Assembly: GCF_000281045.1 (NCBI RefSeq)
Contig: NW_008246070.1
Location: 1,162,193 to 1,226,192, forward strand
Length of the DNA stretch: 64,000 bases
Direction: 5' to 3'
From: Saprolegnia diclina VS20
Lineage: Eukaryota
Shown here: positions 34,275-46,865 of the stretch, piece by piece
Position numbering within the stretch: the stretch's first letter is position 1
Layout: each line of letters begins with the position of its first letter
Made by a program: the position numbers and the translations under genes
Notes under the pieces: generated by a model
The model's input: the letters and a program-made list of their open reading frames with translations, nothing else
What the model was told of the DNA's origin: nothing
Database searches by the model: none

Positions 34275-37200
34275 ATGAGCAGCCCGGCCGGAGCGCCATG
34301 GCTCTACCAGAGTCTGCCACCGAGCACGCGGCCACTGCAGCTTGCAGCCAGCGACAAGTACCCTGCACCTGCTCGACGAGCATGCTCATGCCACGCGTAG
34401 GCCGCTGTACCTGAACGCAGCGAGCCTCAAGAGTCTCTTCCAGATGGACTCGCCGGGCTTCCAAATGGCCAAGCACCCATTCCTTCAGCCGACGGCCGAC
34501 CTTCGGCGCAAGCGACTTCAGCACGTCGCTGAGCTGACGCTCCCGCGTCACAAGACGAACCAAGCCGACGACAAGTCGAGCCTCGTGCGCAAGAAGCCGT
34601 CCAAGAAACGGGCGCGGCCGACCAAAGCTCGACCACTGGCCGCACCGCTGGTGCTGGACGAGCGCGCGTCGATAGACGATGCGCAGCGTACCGCCCAGGC
34701 AGCGCAAATGGGCTTGACTTTAGACGAGTTTAACGCGCTCGAGGCGCAGTTTGGCGGCCACGCCCTCAACCAAAACGAGATGGCCGAGCGGTACCGCGCA
34801 GTCTTTGACGAGTACGATACGGACAAGAGCGGGTCCATCTCCCCGGACGAGCTCCGAACGCTCCTCAAAGCCATGGGCGAGGCCGACTTGGACGATGCAG
34901 AGATCAACGACATCATTCGCCAGGCCGACGCCGACAACAACGGATCAATCGAGTTCGACGAGTTTATCAACATGATGAAGGCAAGGAAGCGGTAGTACGT
35001 CCTCTTTGCTCGCAACAACTAACTGCATTGCGAGCGTAGGCTGCTGGCAGTGGCACAGCACGTCGGTGCGATGGCCAGTGCGTCCAAGTCCACGATGTCG
35101 CGCGTTGCCGATGCAGGGTTGCCGCCGCTCAAGGTGGCACCGCAGCGCTCCAAGCGGCATCTCCAGCAGTTCAACGTACCTTTTCTCACCTTCGTAAACT
35201 CTCTTCGATATTGTCTCGCCTAGCGGTTCATGGCACGACCGACGCCAAGCTGCTTGCAGGCCGCGGCGCCGACAGATGTGGCCGCGCTGCGTCGCGAGCT
35301 TGCATTGTCCGAGTACGGCCTCAAGACGCTCGACATGAAAGGTACTTGCATCTCTGGCACTCGCTGCAGTCGGTTAATGTGTCCCGTAAACGTATCTAGT
35401 GCGGGAAGACGTGCAGTGGGTCCAAGCCAACTGCCCCGTCACGTCGCTCAAGGCGCAGCTCTTTTGCCAAAAGTGGGGCGCCGAGAAAATGAACAAGTTT
35501 TTTTCGCGCATTTTGCTCAACTTTCAAGCCCGCGCGTTCTACAAGTGGATCGACTACCTCACGTTTATGGCGGCCAAGCTCAAGGCCGACAAGTACCTCA
35601 AGGTCAAGGCCGGCGCGCGCCTCCACACGCTCATGCACGCCTGGAAGCACAAGTCGCTCGTCCGCGCCTGGTTTGCGTGGACCCAAGATGCCATGGACCA
35701 AGCCCGCAACGAGCGCAATGCAAGTGCCATCGAGATCCAGAAGCGAGCGCGGGGTATGCTCATCCGCGTCGCCCGCCTGCACCATCTCCAGGACGTTGGC
35801 GCGATCGCCTTTCAGCGCATCGTACGGGGCCACCTTTGTCGCTGCGCTGTGCGGCGACTCCGCCGACACCGCCTCGAGGTCCAAAGTGCCTCGCTTTTGC
35901 AAAAATGCTACCGCGGCTTTGCGGGCCGGCGCCTCGGTCGCCAGCTCTTCCGGGTGCAGGCCATGCACCACGGCGCGATCGTGATCCAGACGGCATTCCG
36001 AACATACCAGCAGCGGCTCTTTGCGCGCGAAGTGCTTTTTGTCAAGCGTCAGCACCGCGCTGCCGTCGTCCTGCAGTGCGCAGCACGACGGAAAGCCGCG
36101 TACCTCGAAGTGGGCCGGCGCCGTCTCGTGCACCGCAAGGCCAAAGCCACGCGCGACCTCCAGCGCTGCGTGCGCGGCTGGCTCGGGCGGCTGCGCGTGC
36201 GTGGCATCCGGCGCCGGCAGAGCGCAGCGATTCAGATTCAGCGTTTCTTTCGGGGCCATCGGGCACGGGTGCGCGTCACGCGCATGCGCCGCGAGAAGGC
36301 TGCCAAACGTCTGACGGCCAAGCGCGACCGCGCAGCGCTGCGCCTTCAGGCGTTTTGGCGCGGCGCCACCGGGCGATACGCGTACCACTTGCGCCTGCGC
36401 GCAACCCGCGAGCAAGAGCAGCAACTTGCCGCGATGCGGAATGCCAGTGCGATTCGCATCCAGAGTCTCTACCGGGGCTTTCGAGGCCGACGCTACTGCA
36501 ACGCACTCGATGCGGAGCGAACGCTGCGGCGTCGCCAGCAGCTGCAGCACCGGTCGGCGCTCAAGATCCAGCGACGCTGGCGCGGGCACACGGCGCGACG
36601 GGACGTGCACTTGCGGCGGCAGGCCAAAGCAGCGCTCGAGAAGGAAGAGCGTCTCGCAGCCGTCAAGCTTCAGTGCCTCGCGCGGTCCAAGCACGCGCGC
36701 AACCAAGCGCGCAAATTGCGCCGCGAGCGCAAGCGCCAGATGCTGCTTCGCCAAGAGCGCGAAGAAGCCGCCGTCTCGATCCAAGCTGCGCTTCGGGGGC
36801 ATTGGGGGCGGCAGCGCGCCGCCAAGAAGAAGGCGCTCTTTGAAGCGAAAGCGCAGGCGGCGCTCGCCAAGCTCGTGCACGACGCCAAGGAGAACGCGGC
36901 GGTTCGTATTCAGTGCTGCATGCGCGGGTACCTCAGTCGAGAAAAGTACCGCGCCCGGCTACGCGAGCACCGGATCAAGGTGGCGGCGCTCAATGCCGCT
37001 CAAGAACGCGCCAACGCCGCGATCCGCATCCAGTGCTTCTTACGCAAGCGCAAGGCGGTGCGGATGCTGGCGCTGCGGCGCGCCGAGTTTCAAAAGCGCA
37101 TCGCGATGCTGGCCACCGAGAAGGCGAGCGACGAGATCGCGCGTCTGCGGCAAGAACAAGAGGTCGAGTTGGCGCAGATGAAGTTGCAGATGCTGCTGGA

Positions 37201-38452
37201 GAAAGGCGCGATCGAGGCCGAGGCCGCGCGGCTCCGCGCCGAAGTCGAGCAGCAGCGATTGGTGCAGCTCGCAGCGCTCAAGGTCGACGAAGCCGCGCTC
37301 GCCAACGAGAAGCTCGCGACGATGCTCGAGCCGTCGCACACGAGCGCTGCGCTCACGCAGCTCCAGGACGCGCGCGAGCTCGAGGCGAAACGCGAAGCGC
37401 TCGAGCACGAGCGCCAGCAGCTGGCGTCGGTGGAAGAGAAGCGCCGTCGCGCGGCCGACGAAGCGGCCACGCAACGTGAAGAAGAGACGCGCCTGCGGGT
37501 GAGCCAAAACCTCTTGCAGCTCGATACGACCAAGTCCCTCGAGCTCGCGCGCAAGCAGGACGAGCAACTCCAAGCTGCCAAAGCCGTGACCGCCGAAGCT
37601 GCCAACCGGGTCGCACGCGAGCGGGCCGCACTCCAGATTCAAGCGTTTGTTCGCGCGAGCTTGAGTCGGAAGCGCCTCAAGCGCATCCAGGAGGACCAAA
37701 AGCGGCAGCTCGAAGCGATCAAGGACGTCCAGGAGCGCGCCCTGTTGAAAGCGCGTCTCGAGAAGGAAGAGGTCAAGCGCCGACTGCTCGAGGCGCTCGA
37801 GGACGAAGCCCGCGTTCGGGAGCAAGAGGAGCGAGAGCTTGCGCTGGTGCTCGAGCAGAAAAAGATCCGCGAGCAGCAGCGACTCGCGGAGCGCAAGGCC
37901 AAAGACGTGGCCGCACGCCGGATCCAGGCGGCGGGCAAAGGCTATGTGGCGCGGCGCCAGGTCAGATCCATGCAAGCCAAGATTGAAGCGGAGCGCAAGC
38001 GGCGAGACGCGCAGGCCGCACAAGAAGCCGCAACCGCCGCGGCTGAAGAAGCGGCGGCGGCGGCGCGGGCCGAGGCATTGGCCAGCACAACAAGCGACGA
38101 CGAGTGGGTCGAGTATTGGGACGAAAACGCGCAGGCGTCGTACTACTTCAACATTCGCACCCAGGAGGCGAGCTGGACCAAGCCGGGCAACACCAACCCC
38201 GCCGACGTCGCCGCGCAGCTGCTCAGCTACTCGAATGCAATCTCGACGCAAGACTATACGACCGAGAACGTCGGCGGCTACTACAGCGCGGCGACCAACG
38301 AGTATGGTTTCTACGACGAGGCCGGTGTCTACCACTACTATGACGACGGCGCTGCGGCCAGCGGCGGCGACGGCTGGGCGCAGTACGTGGACGAGGCGTC
38401 CGGCGCCGCGTACTACTACAACCACTACACAGGCGAGCGCTACTGGGCCTAA
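34275..38452 (+). CDS. EF-hand + multiple IQ motifs + coiled coil + WW domains (one spliced gene)
   Basis: EF-hands 'DTDKSGSISPDE' and 'DADNNGSIEFDE'; more than 10 IQxxxRG motifs; WW domains 'EWVEYWD...YYFN...SWTKP' and 'GWAQYVD...YYYNHYTGERYW'. Introns at ~34358, ~34992, ~35176 and ~35342 splice in frame. Confidence 0.8.
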
Positions 38453-38519
38453 GCCACCAATAAGAATATCAGCAAACAACATATTAGAGAGCCCCAGGTG
38501 TGCGTTCGAAAGAGTCGGA

Positions 38520-39809
38520 CTAGACCACTTTACGAAACGCAGCGGGCTCGGGCGGCCAGCGATACACCGAGCTACTGGCAGTCGTCGTGCGCGGGGCGTT
38601 GAACACCTTGGGCGTCTCGGGCTCTTGGTTGGGGCTGAGAGAAGCGCCCGGCTTGTCCACTTTGGCCTCGAGCCGCGCCAGCCGGTCGTCGAGCTGCGCA
38701 AATTTGTCAGCGACGAGCGCTAGAATATCGTCGAGCTTGCTGCAGAGCGTCGCCTCGAGCTACAAGGACGCTTGAGAAGGCGCTCAAGAATGTGACATCG
38801 TACTTTGGCCAGAGTGGCATGCATTGCTGGCTCCGGTGGCGTTGGCGCGCGCGTGGGCTGGATCGGGTGCTCGACGCTTGGCTGAATCGGGAGTTCTCTC
38901 GGGTACAGCTCGTCGACTGTGTCGTCTTCTTCGTACGTACGTGGCTGCTGCTGCTCTCGTTGAACGTGTGCTTCGACCCAGAACGGCGTCGGTGGCGGAG
39001 GCTTCAAGACCGCCTTGTCGACATTCTACGCAGACCAAGCGATTAAGAGATATCGCTCCTGCAAGACTGTGTAGACCTTGTACACGGCACCATCAATGGG
39101 TGTCTCCCAGTCGAAAATGGGCGCCTCCGGCTCGGGCTCCGTCTGTGGGGCTGGCACGAGTGGCGACACGTGGTATGCAGGCGGCGACGCGACGTGTCGA
39201 ACCACACGCGACGGCTTGGTTTGCCCGAGGTTGACACTCTGCCATGTAGGCGGCGCCGGAACCTTGGCGCGATGGTCGACCATTTCGATCGGCGATTGGA
39301 CGGGACGCGATAGCCGGCCGGCCGGCGCCTTGTCGCTGGGCACCCACACCGACTGCTTTATTCGCTGCTGGCGAAGCCCCTCGACGTGGATCTTGGCAAT
39401 CTGCTCGAGCATTTCGGCCACAATGATGAGCTTGCGCTCGCGAAACTGAGTCGCCGACAAGAACTGGGCGCTCGTGAGCGATGGAAAGTACCCAAGCTGC
39501 TCGCGGGCAAAGCGGAAGACGCCATCGACAAACTTGGCGTCCGTCCGCCCGTAGAGATCGAGGTCCTACTATCGTATTGAGAGAAGCGCCGTAGCGATGG
39601 CGACGCACCGCCGCTTGGACGCGCTGTGCCACGTGCCGCGAGTAGTCGAGGAGCGCGTAGTGCAAGACGCGCAGGAGCTCGCGGAGGTGGCTCACGGGCG
39701 TGCCTCTGGCGAGCTGCTTGGCAGCATCGTTAACGTCGTGCGGGTACTGGATCGCCTGCAGCTGCCGCCGGACCTTGGTCGCGTTGTTGCTGAGGTCGCC
39801 CGTCGCCAT
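38520..39809 (-). CDS. CEP44: Centrosomal protein CEP44-like
   Basis: N-terminus 'MATGDL...IQYP...LHYALLDYSRHVA.../LDLYGRTDAKFVDGVFRFAREQLGYFPSLTSAQFL...ERKLIIV' matches the CEP44 domain. Confidence 0.85.
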
Positions 39810-40399
39810 GGCCAAGATCTGCGCCCAAACGTCCGCATACACTCGTTGGTCATCCGGATAATTCAAGTTTTTGAAAATCACCGCCTGGTCGGATCGCGAG
39901 ACGGACGCCATTGTGGCCTCTGCCAACACGCGCCTGGGCCATGGTTCGATCCCCAGCTGCCGCTGCACTTTCTTGGATTTTGAAACCAACATGACCTGAG
40001 CCCGTGCGACGGCATGGCACGTCGTACTCTTGACGACCGGCTGGACCACGACCTGGTCGCGTCGGGCCAGCGCTCCTTGAAGAAGTGTTGAATCTGGTCA
40101 AATAGACACGTTGCACGCTGCTACGACTCGACGGGACAGACATGCACCAGTGGACTTCAGCATTGCTCAGGGCTCGAATACATGCACCGAGCGCGTTCCT
40201 CACGCCGACGAGTCGACGGTTGTTACAACGCCAGATTGGCTATAGTGCACTAAGACACTACGATTACAGCGTCCAACGCAGCCCAGGCTTGACAGAGTAA
40301 GATGAGCGCATTCGATGTGCGTTCGTATAGACATGGTCCGGGCACAAAAGAACGAATCATTCTCGTAGCGCGGGTGCAGAGCACGCAGTGTTGAGCTTG

Positions 40400-42146
40400 A
40401 TGTTTCGCGTGCGCTCTGCGTCTTTGCCAAAGTGGGAGCCCCAGGTCAGCGACGATAGGCTCCTTGTCGAGGCAGCGCAAGGCGGCGACGCCGCGCAGGT
40501 TGCGCTCCTCCTTCAGCGAGGGGCCAACCCGAACGCGGTCGTCGAGGCAATGGCTTCTTGGCGCTCACGGCTCGTACTCAACCCCGTGCTTGCTTAGGCT
40601 ACAATGCCGTTGCTGCAAGCTGCATTCCAGGGCAACGCTGCGATCGTCGACCTCCTCCTTCGCGCAAACGCCAACCCGCGTACTGCAGACGAGGTACGTC
40701 GCTGATTTCGTTCCTACAGGTGTCGAGCTTGCATAGAACGGGTGGACGCCTCTGCACGTCGCAGCCCAAAACGGGTTTGCCAAGGTCGTCTCGCTCCTCC
40801 TCACTGCCGATGTTGATCCGAACCAAGCCACGCGCGTATGTTGTCGCAACTGTACCAGTATCTCAGGGCTCTCTAGGCTGGCTGGACTCCTCTCTTTGCG
40901 GCGGCGCACTTTGGCCACAGCACGATCGTGTCGATGCTGCTGGCTGCCGGAGCCGATGTCAACCAAGCCGAGCTTGTACTGGCTGCGTCTTCAGTGACGT
41001 TGTATAAAGCACGTATTGTGGTAGAGCGGGCGAACGCCGCTGTGGGCAGCGGCGCTTAGCGGTCGCAGCATCATTGCATCGCAGCTCCTTGGCGCCAACG
41101 CCAACGTCAACAAGGCCATGCGCGTAACCATCGCATTCATCAACGACACATTTGACTGACGTCAACTCTGGGATGATCCATAGCTGGGGCACACGCCGTT
41201 GTACGTGGCGGCGCAGAACGGTCACTCGGTTGTCGTGTCGCTCTTGCTCAGTGCCAATGCAGACGTCAACGCATGCCGCGAGGTGCGCGAGAGATTCTGG
41301 TTGGAGCTCATTGACACTATAGGGAGAGGCGACCGCGCTCTTCATTGCGGCGCACAACGGACACTCGAGCGTCGTCAAGCTGCTGTTGCACGCGCGGGCG
41401 AGCGTCTCGAAATGCACGAGCGTAGGGTCTTTCGGGTTGCGTTTCTCTGACCTCTGGAACAGGAAGGCGCGACGCCTCTCTTCATTGCCGCGCAGAACGG
41501 ACACGCGCGGTGCACGGCGCTGCTATTGCGAGCCCACGCCAAGCCCAATCAGCCCAAGAGCGTACGACGACCTCGTGTTGTAGCACCGGCGTAAGCTTTG
41601 TGGCTAGGACGGCGCGACACCCTTGTACATTGCGGCGCAGTGCGGCCATCTCGATGTCATGCGCCTTCTCGTCGAGGCCCATGCGGATGTCAACAAGGCG
41701 GACCTTGTACCGTCGCTGCGCTCAACGCATATCGCTGATATGGCAGTAGAAAGGCGAGTCGCCGCTGTGGGTGGCGGCCGAGATGGGTCAAGAAGCCGTC
41801 GTGAAGCTGCTCGTGGACGCCCAAGCCGACATCAACCAATGTGACAAGGTAGAGAGCTGGCTTTGGCGGGCTGAAGTCCAAAGCAGCGTGCAATAGAATG
41901 GCTCGACGCCGCTCTTTGTGGCCGCCAAGCGAGGACACGAAGGCGTCGTCTCGGCACTGCTGAAAGCCAAGGCAAACTTTGAGTTGCGCAATGCGGTACG
42001 ATTTGGATTTGCGCAATAAAGACAACAGGTTGTCATGTCTTTTGTAGACCGGAAAAACGCCGCTCATGATTGCGGTTCGTAAAAAGCACAAGCGCATTGT
42101 GGAGCTCCTCTTCCGCGCCGCGCTCGTGAGTAAAAAGATCTTGTAA
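40400..42146 (+). CDS. Ankyrin-repeat protein (~12 repeats, 12 exons)
   Basis: Repeated 'GxTPLxxAAxxGHxxVVxLLLxAxADVN', each repeat on its own exon. Confidence 0.93.
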
Positions 42147-42326
42147 TTGTAGTGTACATTCCGTGAATGGAAAAGACCATAAATGTCTTCCGTTTATCCT
42201 GTGTCGACGACAGCCTTGCTGGATCGAGCCAGCGACAAGATACCAAAATCTCGCTTCCGATTGGTCAAAATTGATGGAAATCAGAGGCCGTCAACGAAAT
42301 ATCTTGTTTGCGTTTCGATTGTCGCA

Positions 42327-43853
42327 ATGGAGACGCCCCGGACGAGGTACCTTGGCCTCATGCGCATCGTCTCGATCGTTCCCGTCACGTGCATGCTGCT
42401 TTTCGCGTCGCTCAACTGGCGCCTCGTGCTCGACTACGTGTGCATGGACCGGGAAGCGCTCTTCATTGTCCGGCGGTGGACGCTGCCGGCGCCGGCGCCG
42501 ACACCGTTCTCGACCAAAACGCGCTACGACGCTGCGCTGCCGTTCGAGCCTCAAAGCCTCGACGACCTGCGCTCGCTGCCGCAGTGCAAGCTCGTGCAGA
42601 TGAATGCGCTCCTCCGCCATGGCACGCGGTACCCCATGGCGCCCGAGTTTGCCAAAATGCAAGACGTGCTCGTCTGGCTCCAGTCGACGTTCCATGACGA
42701 TGTGCCAGGCTGGCTCCAAGCCTACAACTTTAGCTACGACGCGCATGCAGCTGAAGGACTGGCGCCTGCAGGTATCCACGAGCTCACCGGTCTCGGGCAG
42801 CGCGCCGGTCGCCTCGCCGACCTCGTCGGCTTGTCGCGCGACTATACCCCCGAGCGCTACGTCATCGAGCACACGCACGTCGCCCGGACAAAAGCGAGCG
42901 CCATTGCGTATGTGTAAGCGCTCGAATTGCTCTTGCTAAGCGTCTCGATAGCTTTGCAAACGCCTACTTTACGAATGCGTCGTCCGTGGCCTACGTCGTC
43001 AAGCCCGCCGGCGAGGTTGAACATCTTCGTATCGCAACTCCAAGTGCACACGCGGTATGATGTAGGACATTGAGTTGCGCTTCTTTGACAACTGCCCGCG
43101 CTACTTGCGCGACGTGCGCAACAACAAGACGGCCATGACGATTGAAACCAAACGCTTTGAAGCATCGGCGCGCGCCCAAGAGCTTCTCACCGAGCTGCAC
43201 CGGTCGCTGCAGTTGCCACCGACCGCGCCGCTCTCGTTCAGTGAGCTCAAGACCATCTACGACGCGTGCTCGTAGGCGTTGCCCTAGTTGGCAGTGAGTT
43301 CTGATTCTGTCGTAGGTACGAGGTGGCGCTCTTCCACGACCGACGCACGTGGTGCCGCCTCTTCTCGGCCAAGGCGCTGGGACTCCTTGACTTTCACGCC
43401 GACTTAAAAAAGTACTACGAGTGCGGCACGGGCTATGCGATTGATTATGCGATCGCAGCGCCGCTCCTGGCGCACATGCTGCGCACGATGGAGGCCGCCG
43501 CTTCGAACCCGTCGTCGGGCGTCGTCGGCTATTTTCGATTTGCGCACGCCGAGACATTGCTTCCGCTCGTGTGCCTCCTCGGCCTCTGCACCGACACCAA
43601 GTTACGAGCCGCCTTTGACGACGACGAGATCGCGCAACGGGTCTTTCGCGTCGCTGCCATCTCGCCCTTCGGTGGCAACGTGGCCTTTCACCTGTTTGCG
43701 TGCGGCGGCGAACACCGCGTCCAGCTGCTTTTGAACGAGCGGCTCGTACGTCTGCCGAGCTGTGGCGAGAAAGGGTACTGCACGCTGCCCGAGCTTCGCA
43801 CCATCTACGCCACAGCGCTGACGTTCAACTTTACAGAGCACTGCCGCGTCTAA
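42327..43853 (+). CDS. Histidine acid phosphatase, multiple inositol polyphosphate phosphatase (MINPP1)-like
   Basis: Catalytic 'RHGTRYP', 'LRFFDNC', 'KKYYECG', 'FAHAETL' (MINPP-type HAE), 'PFGGN'; N-terminal TM/signal anchor. Confidence 0.9.
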
Positions 43854-44358
43854 GTCGAAGCATCGGCTCTTCTTTATTGCGCGTCCCCGCTCGCCAGGAA
43901 TTGAACCGGCATCAGCTCCATTTAATGCTGTATGATGTACTTTGTTCGGTCCTATAATGGCTCGATGCTTATCAGCTCTACTTCCACTCGGGGTAGAACA
44001 GAGATGGTATCGACAACTTTAACAGGATCCAAGGACGTTGGCCCCGTCCCCATGCTATCCTCTCTAGCAGCTGAACACTTTATGGCGGCGGAACACACAC
44101 GTCCGCTTATATATTTCGTATTGGACTTGCTGTTCGGCTCGTCAGCACGAGTGTGATGCGCAATGGACGCTCGCCATGTGATGGGCATCACTTCCATCGC
44201 GACTTCTCCATTTCGTCTCTTATTTTGCCCTGGCCTTTTTATCGCTAATCAATAAAGAGTGATAAAATAGGCAAATATAAAAGAGACAGAGACGAGACAT
44301 GCTCTTCCGATTATCCGGCCGTAACCGGATGACCCAACCGCGGTTATTTATACAGGCC

Positions 44359-46790
44359 ATGGCGTCGACGTCGGGGTGTGACGAGATGGAGGGCCATCTG
44401 CACGTCCGCGCCAAGACGCTCAACGTGTGGAAGAAGCGCCGCTTCGTGCTCACGGGCTCCACGCTGCAGTACTTTTCCATCGCGCCTGAGACCAACAAGC
44501 CCAAGACCATCTCGAGTCTCGCGCTCAGCAGCCTCTCGAAGGCCAAGGCCAAGCTCTCCAAGCCAACCAAGACCACCGACCGCATGTACGACCTCGCCGG
44601 CTGCAGCATCAAGACCGTGCACGAGTACTTGTCGAGTCGGCCGTTCACGTTCCAGGTCGCGTCGCCCGCCTTTTTCCTGCTCTTGCACGCCGACTCGATG
44701 GAAGAAATGAGCGCGTGGATTCGGAGCCTCCGCGCTGCGGCGCCGCAAATCGACCGCCTTCCGTTCGCTTCGCCCACGAACTTCTTGTCGCCAACCTCGA
44801 CAATGATCAAGGTTGCGGCGCAGTCGAGCGACGACGACATCTTTGAGTTTGGGATCGCAACCGCCATGGACATTATCACGTGCCTCCAGCATGGCCGCTT
44901 CTGCAGCGACCGCCTCGTCATCTACAGCTCGACGTTTCTCGGAAAGAAACAGCTCGCGCGCGGGAGCGTTCTCATTGCGGTCAACGGCCACTCGGTCATC
45001 GAGTGCAGCTCGAAAGACGTGCACACGAAGCTCACGTCCCTCGCACTGCCCTCGACGCTGCAGTTTCTCCGCTGTCGGCCCAAAGCCGGCGTCCTCCGTT
45101 CCCAGTCGTACGAGTCGCTCGGCTCGATGCTCAAGCTCACAACAAGCGGTACAGCACTCATGGGCTGGCGCGACGTCGCCTGTGAAATCGACGGGGACCT
45201 ATTTGTCTGCGCCCGCTTCCTCTCAACCGCCACGCTCGCGATGGCCAAGTGGAGTCAATCGATTTTGCCCTCCGACAGCTCGACGGGCGGCAGCAATAGC
45301 TCTTTGTCGTTGCCGGAGCGACCTGTCTCGGCGTCCAAAGCCAACGTACCGTTGGCCGGCTGCTCCGTGCGCCTCGTCCACGAAGTGCTGGCCGGCCGCC
45401 CGTTCTGCTTCTTGCTGTCGCATTCGCCCACGAATGCCCAACAAGAAGTACCTCTCCTCTTCCAAGCGAGCTCGCAGGAAGACATGCTGCAGTGGCTCGG
45501 CGCGCTCGTCCATGCGATCGACTTGGCCAACGGCGTCGTCGTCGGTGGCGGCGTCAACTGCAGTCCGCTACCAACCTCGATGCAAGCCACGCACTCAACT
45601 ATGTTTTTCCCGCCCGAGACGAACGAACAGACGACGAACCCGAGCCTCACACGCGCGCTCCACGCCCAAGGCGACTTGATCTTTGAAAAGCCGGTCGTGC
45701 CCATGGTGACCAACGACGAGCTCGTCCGCCTCCTCCTCTTTTGCCAGCAAGAAGCGCGGTACACCGAGGCGCTGCAGGTGCTTTTGCAAGAGCCCGCGGC
45801 GCGAAGTACGTACTGGCCGCAGCTCTTTGCGTGGGGCCTCGCCTCGCCCAGCGTCTCGACGCTCGACCAACTCGAAGCGCTCGTCCACCTCCCAATCTCC
45901 GACGAGTATGTACCTATATATTGTCACTAGAAAACACACCAAATTGTACATTTTGAACTAGGGACGCAGTCCAGCTTCAAAAGGACGTGCCGCGGACAGC
46001 GTCGTGGATGGCATCGTCGGAAGGCGCGCCGCTCAACACAGTGCAAGCGCCGCCCGAGCGGCTCACGTCCTTGCACCGGATTCTGCATGCGTTCATTGCG
46101 TCGACGCACGTGCAGTACCTCCAGGGCATGAACGGCATCGCGTTCCTCCTCCTCGAGCTCTGGGACGGCGACGAGGTGCGCGTGTACCAGTACTTGGAAG
46201 CGATGGTGCACCACATCTTGCCATCGATCTTTGACGCAAGCGACGAAGTGAGCGCGCTCGTGCAGACAGGTCAGCACCTCGAGAGCATGATGCGCATGTA
46301 CCTCCCGACGCTCACGGCTGTCTTTGACGACGTCGGCCTGCCCGTGTTCCTACTCGCTTACAAGTGGTTTCCAACGCTCTTCTCGGACGTGTCGCTCCAA
46401 GCCAACCGCAAGCACAATCAACTCCAGTACGATACGCTCTTGTGTATCTGGGACATTTGCCTCCTCATGGGCATCGAAGGCATGTACTGCGTCTCCATGG
46501 CACTCTTCGCAAGCGCTGAGCCTTCGATCCGCGCGCTCGGTAGCGGCTGTTTGGCCGAGGAGGTCTCGCACGCGTTCATCCAAGTGCTCTCGACGCTCTC
46601 CCGTGACGACCTCATGCTGCACGTGTCCGAAGTGATTGAAACGTGCCGCCACCCGCTCTTGCTGCAGTGGCGCAACGCCCACCACCGCCGCGTGCACCGA
46701 CCGATTCGCGTCAAGGACCTCGATACCGGTCAGGTGTTTGGTGTCGAAGGCGCCCACTTGTACCCGCTCGAGCACGCCGAGCCGCAGTAA
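44359..46790 (+). CDS. PH + PDZ-like + PH + TBC (Rab-GAP) protein
   Basis: PH 'MEGHLHVRAKTLNVWKKRRFVL...EMSAWIRSL'; 'GSVLIAVNG'; second PH ending 'DMLQWLGAL'; after intron ~45906-45961 the TBC motifs 'QKDVPRT', 'YLQGMN', 'WFPTLF', 'IWD'. Confidence 0.85.
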
Positions 46791-46865
46791 ACTCGGTGCT
46801 CGACCAATCGAAATTAAAAAAGGAGTACAACATTGTCAAATTGTCTTTTAGCTCGCTTTTTGCAC

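Noticed and set aside
40548..40597. Non-canonical GC-AG first intron in the ankyrin gene
   Set aside because: An in-frame GT donor lies 6 nt upstream, so it cannot be resolved without transcripts.
40400..42146. CRISPR-like repeat-spacer array (regular ~140-160 bp period)
   Set aside because: The periodicity is explained by 99-nt ankyrin exons plus introns; there is no identical nucleotide repeat and no cas genes.
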